From Azolla caroliniana (taxonomy: Eukaryota; Plantae; Polypodiophyta), in assembly GCA_043228905.1 (NCBI GenBank), contig JBHGNT010000343.1, positions 1-32,933 on the forward strand: a DNA stretch of 32,933 bases. The letters are read 5' to 3'. Position 1 is the stretch's first letter; each line of letters starts with the position of its first letter. Below the pieces are notes generated by a model that was not told the DNA's origin, did not search any database, and was given only the letters and a program-made list of their open reading frames with translations. Both the position numbers and the translations under genes were made by a program. Of this stretch, positions 23,947 to 32,933 are shown piece after piece.

Positions 23947-24709
23947 TTCGACCATTCATCGAAACGTGAAAGGAATGAAGATCTCGCACGTGATCGGATA
24001 GGATCTCTCATTTCTCATCATATTTCTTGATCATCGTATTTTTCATGGGATCTCTTGTCACTTACCTTACCATTCTATTACTCGCCACATTACGGAGATG
24101 CGCTTAAATGGGTTTATCGGATAAAGGTATGCGGTGTGACGCATGCAATGCAATCCATAGAAAAGCATGCATGAACCATACAAATGACCTTCGAGAAGAG
24201 TTTTCGTCTCAAACTGTCAATCTCCGATGTGTAGATACCGTTCTCGTCTCATGATACCGGCCGCTAGGTTCTTCCACTCGTACGTAAATTTGCATCGTTG
24301 AATCTCGAATACGCGCATTCTACTCTAACCAAATGAAGAGTATCGCGCATGCGACGTCTTAGCGGTGGCCTTCGTGTAGATTGTTTCTAAATTTCAAACG
24401 ACGTCATCCTTGTTGAGGACCACGTCCAAATACACATCATACAACGACTGGGCGTCATCACATTCTTGCGTCTACTCGCTTGTATTCAAACCAGGCCAGA
24501 CAGGAGCACGGCGAGCGTAAGCAAGAAAGGCATTGTTCATATGTTCCCTCGAGCGAATGCGCATCAGAAATATGTGAACGGCATCGTCGTGATCGATGAT
24601 TACGTTCAAATACGCGATGTTATCCCTTCCCCAAGGGATCCACGCATGTATTGATTGCGCAACAGTCTCGTTGTATTCCGATTCTCGAGAAGCGGAACCT
24701 AATCCTAAT

Positions 24710-24782
24710 CGATCCTACCAGGGATCGAACCTAGAATCTCTGGTTTCGTAGACCAGCGCCTTATCCATTGGGCCATAGGATC
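24710..24782 (-). tRNA. tRNA-Arg(ACG)
   Basis: Same as 1010-1082. Confidence 0.96.
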
Positions 24783-25058
24783 TTCGGTTTTCCATTGGAA
24801 AATGTACTTCCATTGAGGATCGCGATGGACATGCGATGCACTTTTGATGAGGAATTTGTGCCGGATAAACCGTTCCATTTCTTTTACCTATTAAACATCA
24901 TCATCCTCGTAAATGAATGCATCCATTAAGCCAAAACAGCGGATACAAGATCCGCGCATTTTCTAGACGGTCGAGACGGATGCGCATTATGACTCCGTGA
25001 ATGATCCTTGGTCGTCGTGTTCTTGATGTCGACGTACACTAGGGTCACGATTCTAAAC

Positions 25059-25131
25059 CGATCCTACTAGGGGTCGAACCTAGAATCTTTGGTTTCGAAG
25101 ACCAACGCCTTATCCATTAGGCCATAGGATC
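25059..25131 (-). tRNA. tRNA-Arg(TCG)
   Basis: Same as 174-246. Confidence 0.96.
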
Positions 25132-25894
25132 TTCGACCATTCATCGAAACGTGAAAGGAATGAAGATCTCGCACGTGATCGGATAGGATCTCTCATTTCT
25201 CATCATATTTCTTGATCATCGTATTTTTCATGGGATCTCTTGTCACTTACCTTACCATTCTATTACTCGCCACATTACGGAGATGCGCTTAAATGGGTTT
25301 ATCGGATAAAGGTATGCGGTGTGACGCATGCAATGCAATCCATAGAAAAGCATGCATGAACCATACAAATGACCTTCGAGAAGAGTTTTCGTCTCAAACT
25401 GTCAATCTCCGATGTGTAGATACCGTTCTCGTCTCATGATACCGGCCGCTAGGTTCTTCCACTCGTACGTAAATTTGCATCGTTGAATCTCGAATACGCG
25501 CATTCTACTCTAACCAAATGAAGAGTATCGCGCATGCGACGTCTTAGCGGTGGCCTTCGTGTAGATTGTTTCTAAATTTCAAACGACGTCATCCTTGTTG
25601 AGGACCACGTCCAAATACACATCATACAACGACTGGGCGTCATCACATTCTTGCGTCTACTCGCTTGTATTCAAACCAGGCCAGACAGGAGCACGGCGAG
25701 CGTAAGCAAGAAAGGCATTGTTCATATGTTCCCTCGAGCGAATGCGCATCAGAAATATGTGAACGGCATCGTCGTGATCGATGATTACGTTCAAATACGC
25801 GATGTTATCCCTTCCCCAAGGGATCCACGCATGTATTGATTGCGCAACAGTCTCGTTGTATTCCGATTCTCGAGAAGCGGAACCTAATCCTAAT

Positions 25895-25967
25895 CGATCC
25901 TACCAGGGATCGAACCTAGAATCTCTGGTTTCGTAGACCAGCGCCTTATCCATTGGGCCATAGGATC
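25895..25967 (-). tRNA. tRNA-Arg(ACG)
   Basis: Same as 1010-1082. Confidence 0.96.
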
Positions 25968-26243
25968 TTCGGTTTTCCATTGGAAAATGTACTTCCATTG
26001 AGGATCGCGATGGACATGCGATGCACTTTTGATGAGGAATTTGTGCCGGATAAACCGTTCCATTTCTTTTACCTATTAAACATCATCATCCTCGTAAATG
26101 AATGCATCCATTAAGCCAAAACAGCGGATACAAGATCCGCGCATTTTCTAGACGGTCGAGACGGATGCGCATTATGACTCCGTGAATGATCCTTGGTCGT
26201 CGTGTTCTTGATGTCGACGTACACTAGGGTCACGATTCTAAAC

Positions 26244-26316
26244 CGATCCTACTAGGGGTCGAACCTAGAATCTTTGGTTTCGAAGACCAACGCCTTATCC
26301 ATTAGGCCATAGGATC
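26244..26316 (-). tRNA. tRNA-Arg(TCG)
   Basis: Same as 174-246. Confidence 0.96.
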
Positions 26317-27079
26317 TTCGACCATTCATCGAAACGTGAAAGGAATGAAGATCTCGCACGTGATCGGATAGGATCTCTCATTTCTCATCATATTTCTTGA
26401 TCATCGTATTTTTCATGGGATCTCTTGTCACTTACCTTACCATTCTATTACTCGCCACATTACGGAGATGCGCTTAAATGGGTTTATCGGATAAAGGTAT
26501 GCGGTGTGACGCATGCAATGCAATCCATAGAAAAGCATGCATGAACCATACAAATGACCTTCGAGAAGAGTTTTCGTCTCAAACTGTCAATCTCCGATGT
26601 GTAGATACCGTTCTCGTCTCATGATACCGGCCGCTAGGTTCTTCCACTCGTACGTAAATTTGCATCGTTGAATCTCGAATACGCGCATTCTACTCTAACC
26701 AAATGAAGAGTATCGCGCATGCGACGTCTTAGCGGTGGCCTTCGTGTAGATTGTTTCTAAATTTCAAACGACGTCATCCTTGTTGAGGACCACGTCCAAA
26801 TACACATCATACAACGACTGGGCGTCATCACATTCTTGCGTCTACTCGCTTGTATTCAAACCAGGCCAGACAGGAGCACGGCGAGCGTAAGCAAGAAAGG
26901 CATTGTTCATATGTTCCCTCGAGCGAATGCGCATCAGAAATATGTGAACGGCATCGTCGTGATCGATGATTACGTTCAAATACGCGATGTTATCCCTTCC
27001 CCAAGGGATCCACGCATGTATTGATTGCGCAACAGTCTCGTTGTATTCCGATTCTCGAGAAGCGGAACCTAATCCTAAT

Positions 27080-27152
27080 CGATCCTACCAGGGATCGAAC
27101 CTAGAATCTCTGGTTTCGTAGACCAGCGCCTTATCCATTGGGCCATAGGATC
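27080..27152 (-). tRNA. tRNA-Arg(ACG)
   Basis: Same as 1010-1082. Confidence 0.96.
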
Positions 27153-27428
27153 TTCGGTTTTCCATTGGAAAATGTACTTCCATTGAGGATCGCGATGGAC
27201 ATGCGATGCACTTTTGATGAGGAATTTGTGCCGGATAAACCGTTCCATTTCTTTTACCTATTAAACATCATCATCCTCGTAAATGAATGCATCCATTAAG
27301 CCAAAACAGCGGATACAAGATCCGCGCATTTTCTAGACGGTCGAGACGGATGCGCATTATGACTCCGTGAATGATCCTTGGTCGTCGTGTTCTTGATGTC
27401 GACGTACACTAGGGTCACGATTCTAAAC

Positions 27429-27501
27429 CGATCCTACTAGGGGTCGAACCTAGAATCTTTGGTTTCGAAGACCAACGCCTTATCCATTAGGCCATAGGAT
27501 C
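27429..27501 (-). tRNA. tRNA-Arg(TCG)
   Basis: Same as 174-246. Confidence 0.96.
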
Positions 27502-28264
27502 TTCGACCATTCATCGAAACGTGAAAGGAATGAAGATCTCGCACGTGATCGGATAGGATCTCTCATTTCTCATCATATTTCTTGATCATCGTATTTTTCA
27601 TGGGATCTCTTGTCACTTACCTTACCATTCTATTACTCGCCACATTACGGAGATGCGCTTAAATGGGTTTATCGGATAAAGGTATGCGGTGTGACGCATG
27701 CAATGCAATCCATAGAAAAGCATGCATGAACCATACAAATGACCTTCGAGAAGAGTTTTCGTCTCAAACTGTCAATCTCCGATGTGTAGATACCGTTCTC
27801 GTCTCATGATACCGGCCGCTAGGTTCTTCCACTCGTACGTAAATTTGCATCGTTGAATCTCGAATACGCGCATTCTACTCTAACCAAATGAAGAGTATCG
27901 CGCATGCGACGTCTTAGCGGTGGCCTTCGTGTAGATTGTTTCTAAATTTCAAACGACGTCATCCTTGTTGAGGACCACGTCCAAATACACATCATACAAC
28001 GACTGGGCGTCATCACATTCTTGCGTCTACTCGCTTGTATTCAAACCAGGCCAGACAGGAGCACGGCGAGCGTAAGCAAGAAAGGCATTGTTCATATGTT
28101 CCCTCGAGCGAATGCGCATCAGAAATATGTGAACGGCATCGTCGTGATCGATGATTACGTTCAAATACGCGATGTTATCCCTTCCCCAAGGGATCCACGC
28201 ATGTATTGATTGCGCAACAGTCTCGTTGTATTCCGATTCTCGAGAAGCGGAACCTAATCCTAAT

Positions 28265-28337
28265 CGATCCTACCAGGGATCGAACCTAGAATCTCTGGTT
28301 TCGTAGACCAGCGCCTTATCCATTGGGCCATAGGATC
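28265..28337 (-). tRNA. tRNA-Arg(ACG)
   Basis: Same as 1010-1082. Confidence 0.96.
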
Positions 28338-28613
28338 TTCGGTTTTCCATTGGAAAATGTACTTCCATTGAGGATCGCGATGGACATGCGATGCACTTTT
28401 GATGAGGAATTTGTGCCGGATAAACCGTTCCATTTCTTTTACCTATTAAACATCATCATCCTCGTAAATGAATGCATCCATTAAGCCAAAACAGCGGATA
28501 CAAGATCCGCGCATTTTCTAGACGGTCGAGACGGATGCGCATTATGACTCCGTGAATGATCCTTGGTCGTCGTGTTCTTGATGTCGACGTACACTAGGGT
28601 CACGATTCTAAAC

Positions 28614-28686
28614 CGATCCTACTAGGGGTCGAACCTAGAATCTTTGGTTTCGAAGACCAACGCCTTATCCATTAGGCCATAGGATC
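28614..28686 (-). tRNA. tRNA-Arg(TCG)
   Basis: Same as 174-246. Confidence 0.96.
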
Positions 28687-29449
28687 TTCGACCATTCATC
28701 GAAACGTGAAAGGAATGAAGATCTCGCACGTGATCGGATAGGATCTCTCATTTCTCATCATATTTCTTGATCATCGTATTTTTCATGGGATCTCTTGTCA
28801 CTTACCTTACCATTCTATTACTCGCCACATTACGGAGATGCGCTTAAATGGGTTTATCGGATAAAGGTATGCGGTGTGACGCATGCAATGCAATCCATAG
28901 AAAAGCATGCATGAACCATACAAATGACCTTCGAGAAGAGTTTTCGTCTCAAACTGTCAATCTCCGATGTGTAGATACCGTTCTCGTCTCATGATACCGG
29001 CCGCTAGGTTCTTCCACTCGTACGTAAATTTGCATCGTTGAATCTCGAATACGCGCATTCTACTCTAACCAAATGAAGAGTATCGCGCATGCGACGTCTT
29101 AGCGGTGGCCTTCGTGTAGATTGTTTCTAAATTTCAAACGACGTCATCCTTGTTGAGGACCACGTCCAAATACACATCATACAACGACTGGGCGTCATCA
29201 CATTCTTGCGTCTACTCGCTTGTATTCAAACCAGGCCAGACAGGAGCACGGCGAGCGTAAGCAAGAAAGGCATTGTTCATATGTTCCCTCGAGCGAATGC
29301 GCATCAGAAATATGTGAACGGCATCGTCGTGATCGATGATTACGTTCAAATACGCGATGTTATCCCTTCCCCAAGGGATCCACGCATGTATTGATTGCGC
29401 AACAGTCTCGTTGTATTCCGATTCTCGAGAAGCGGAACCTAATCCTAAT

Positions 29450-29522
29450 CGATCCTACCAGGGATCGAACCTAGAATCTCTGGTTTCGTAGACCAGCGCC
29501 TTATCCATTGGGCCATAGGATC
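29450..29522 (-). tRNA. tRNA-Arg(ACG)
   Basis: Same as 1010-1082. Confidence 0.96.
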
Positions 29523-29798
29523 TTCGGTTTTCCATTGGAAAATGTACTTCCATTGAGGATCGCGATGGACATGCGATGCACTTTTGATGAGGAATTTGTG
29601 CCGGATAAACCGTTCCATTTCTTTTACCTATTAAACATCATCATCCTCGTAAATGAATGCATCCATTAAGCCAAAACAGCGGATACAAGATCCGCGCATT
29701 TTCTAGACGGTCGAGACGGATGCGCATTATGACTCCGTGAATGATCCTTGGTCGTCGTGTTCTTGATGTCGACGTACACTAGGGTCACGATTCTAAAC

Positions 29799-29871
29799 CG
29801 ATCCTACTAGGGGTCGAACCTAGAATCTTTGGTTTCGAAGACCAACGCCTTATCCATTAGGCCATAGGATC
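29799..29871 (-). tRNA. tRNA-Arg(TCG)
   Basis: Same as 174-246. Confidence 0.96.
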
Positions 29872-30634
29872 TTCGACCATTCATCGAAACGTGAAAGGAA
29901 TGAAGATCTCGCACGTGATCGGATAGGATCTCTCATTTCTCATCATATTTCTTGATCATCGTATTTTTCATGGGATCTCTTGTCACTTACCTTACCATTC
30001 TATTACTCGCCACATTACGGAGATGCGCTTAAATGGGTTTATCGGATAAAGGTATGCGGTGTGACGCATGCAATGCAATCCATAGAAAAGCATGCATGAA
30101 CCATACAAATGACCTTCGAGAAGAGTTTTCGTCTCAAACTGTCAATCTCCGATGTGTAGATACCGTTCTCGTCTCATGATACCGGCCGCTAGGTTCTTCC
30201 ACTCGTACGTAAATTTGCATCGTTGAATCTCGAATACGCGCATTCTACTCTAACCAAATGAAGAGTATCGCGCATGCGACGTCTTAGCGGTGGCCTTCGT
30301 GTAGATTGTTTCTAAATTTCAAACGACGTCATCCTTGTTGAGGACCACGTCCAAATACACATCATACAACGACTGGGCGTCATCACATTCTTGCGTCTAC
30401 TCGCTTGTATTCAAACCAGGCCAGACAGGAGCACGGCGAGCGTAAGCAAGAAAGGCATTGTTCATATGTTCCCTCGAGCGAATGCGCATCAGAAATATGT
30501 GAACGGCATCGTCGTGATCGATGATTACGTTCAAATACGCGATGTTATCCCTTCCCCAAGGGATCCACGCATGTATTGATTGCGCAACAGTCTCGTTGTA
30601 TTCCGATTCTCGAGAAGCGGAACCTAATCCTAAT

Positions 30635-30707
30635 CGATCCTACCAGGGATCGAACCTAGAATCTCTGGTTTCGTAGACCAGCGCCTTATCCATTGGGCCA
30701 TAGGATC
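30635..30707 (-). tRNA. tRNA-Arg(ACG)
   Basis: Same as 1010-1082. Confidence 0.96.
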
Positions 30708-30983
30708 TTCGGTTTTCCATTGGAAAATGTACTTCCATTGAGGATCGCGATGGACATGCGATGCACTTTTGATGAGGAATTTGTGCCGGATAAACCGTTC
30801 CATTTCTTTTACCTATTAAACATCATCATCCTCGTAAATGAATGCATCCATTAAGCCAAAACAGCGGATACAAGATCCGCGCATTTTCTAGACGGTCGAG
30901 ACGGATGCGCATTATGACTCCGTGAATGATCCTTGGTCGTCGTGTTCTTGATGTCGACGTACACTAGGGTCACGATTCTAAAC

Positions 30984-31056
30984 CGATCCTACTAGGGGTC
31001 GAACCTAGAATCTTTGGTTTCGAAGACCAACGCCTTATCCATTAGGCCATAGGATC
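30984..31056 (-). tRNA. tRNA-Arg(TCG)
   Basis: Same as 174-246. Confidence 0.96.
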
Positions 31057-31819
31057 TTCGACCATTCATCGAAACGTGAAAGGAATGAAGATCTCGCACG
31101 TGATCGGATAGGATCTCTCATTTCTCATCATATTTCTTGATCATCGTATTTTTCATGGGATCTCTTGTCACTTACCTTACCATTCTATTACTCGCCACAT
31201 TACGGAGATGCGCTTAAATGGGTTTATCGGATAAAGGTATGCGGTGTGACGCATGCAATGCAATCCATAGAAAAGCATGCATGAACCATACAAATGACCT
31301 TCGAGAAGAGTTTTCGTCTCAAACTGTCAATCTCCGATGTGTAGATACCGTTCTCGTCTCATGATACCGGCCGCTAGGTTCTTCCACTCGTACGTAAATT
31401 TGCATCGTTGAATCTCGAATACGCGCATTCTACTCTAACCAAATGAAGAGTATCGCGCATGCGACGTCTTAGCGGTGGCCTTCGTGTAGATTGTTTCTAA
31501 ATTTCAAACGACGTCATCCTTGTTGAGGACCACGTCCAAATACACATCATACAACGACTGGGCGTCATCACATTCTTGCGTCTACTCGCTTGTATTCAAA
31601 CCAGGCCAGACAGGAGCACGGCGAGCGTAAGCAAGAAAGGCATTGTTCATATGTTCCCTCGAGCGAATGCGCATCAGAAATATGTGAACGGCATCGTCGT
31701 GATCGATGATTACGTTCAAATACGCGATGTTATCCCTTCCCCAAGGGATCCACGCATGTATTGATTGCGCAACAGTCTCGTTGTATTCCGATTCTCGAGA
31801 AGCGGAACCTAATCCTAAT

Positions 31820-31892
31820 CGATCCTACCAGGGATCGAACCTAGAATCTCTGGTTTCGTAGACCAGCGCCTTATCCATTGGGCCATAGGATC
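31820..31892 (-). tRNA. tRNA-Arg(ACG)
   Basis: Same as 1010-1082. Confidence 0.96.
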
Positions 31893-32168
31893 TTCGGTTT
31901 TCCATTGGAAAATGTACTTCCATTGAGGATCGCGATGGACATGCGATGCACTTTTGATGAGGAATTTGTGCCGGATAAACCGTTCCATTTCTTTTACCTA
32001 TTAAACATCATCATCCTCGTAAATGAATGCATCCATTAAGCCAAAACAGCGGATACAAGATCCGCGCATTTTCTAGACGGTCGAGACGGATGCGCATTAT
32101 GACTCCGTGAATGATCCTTGGTCGTCGTGTTCTTGATGTCGACGTACACTAGGGTCACGATTCTAAAC

Positions 32169-32241
32169 CGATCCTACTAGGGGTCGAACCTAGAATCTTT
32201 GGTTTCGAAGACCAACGCCTTATCCATTAGGCCATAGGATC
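32169..32241 (-). tRNA. tRNA-Arg(TCG)
   Basis: Same as 174-246 (partial copy 28). Confidence 0.96.
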
Positions 32242-32933
32242 TTCGACCATTCATCGAAACGTGAAAGGAATGAAGATCTCGCACGTGATCGGATAGGATC
32301 TCTCATTTCTCATCATATTTCTTGATCATCGTATTTTTCATGGGATCTCTTGTCACTTACCTTACCATTCTATTACTCGCCACATTACGGAGATGCGCTT
32401 AAATGGGTTTATCGGATAAAGGTATGCGGTGTGACGCATGCAATGCAATCCATAGAAAAGCATGCATGAACCATACAAATGACCTTCGAGAAGAGTTTTC
32501 GTCTCAAACTGTCAATCTCCGATGTGTAGATACCGTTCTCGTCTCATGATACCGGCCGCTAGGTTCTTCCACTCGTACGTAAATTTGCATCGTTGAATCT
32601 CGAATACGCGCATTCTACTCTAACCAAATGAAGAGTATCGCGCATGCGACGTCTTAGCGGTGGCCTTCGTGTAGATTGTTTCTAAATTTCAAACGACGTC
32701 ATCCTTGTTGAGGACCACGTCCAAATACACATCATACAACGACTGGGCGTCATCACATTCTTGCGTCTACTCGCTTGTATTCAAACCAGGCCAGACAGGA
32801 GCACGGCGAGCGTAAGCAAGAAAGGCATTGTTCATATGTTCCCTCGAGCGAATGCGCATCAGAAATATGTGAACGGCATCGTCGTGATCGATGATTACGT
32901 TCAAATACGCGATGTTATCCCTTCCCCAAGGGA

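Larger units (their letters stand above)
1..32933. repeat. Tandem tRNA-gene array, 1185-bp unit [Arg-TCG, Arg-ACG] x about 27.8 copies
   Basis: Sequence at 1 recurs at 1186, 2371 ... 31996. The ORF track also repeats every 1185 bp. No indels shift the register. Spacers between tRNA genes are 763 bp (247-1009) and 276 bp (1083-1358). Confidence 0.99.

Noticed and set aside
1-32933. Rolling-circle concatemer of a 1185-nt circular DNA/RNA replicon
   Set aside because: No Rep or other ORF, no ribozyme and no rod-like fold. Shared variants among neighbouring copies fit a chromosomal array better, although an eccDNA origin cannot be fully excluded without reads.

Overview
The whole window is a head-to-tail tandem array of a 1185-bp unit: 27 complete copies plus a 938-bp partial copy, running off both ends. 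Each unit carries two intronless 73-nt tRNA-Arg genes on the minus strand, anticodon TCG at unit positions 174-246 and ACG at 1010-1082, giving 55 tRNA genes (28 TCG, 27 ACG). They have A and B boxes and no encoded CCA, consistent with eukaryotic nuclear Pol III genes. The ACG gene resembles, from memory, the plant/green-lineage tRNA-Arg(ACG). The two isoacceptors differ at only 6 of 73 nt, suggesting the TCG gene arose by duplication plus anticodon switch. Neither gene has an adjacent oligo-T terminator, and the spacers contain several hairpins. Copies are almost identical; the few variants seen by eye cluster in copies 9-17. Copy 2 contains a SMART/PacBio ultra-low-input adapter (1636-1661), a technical artifact, so copy number and homogeneity need caution. 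No credible protein-coding gene is present.
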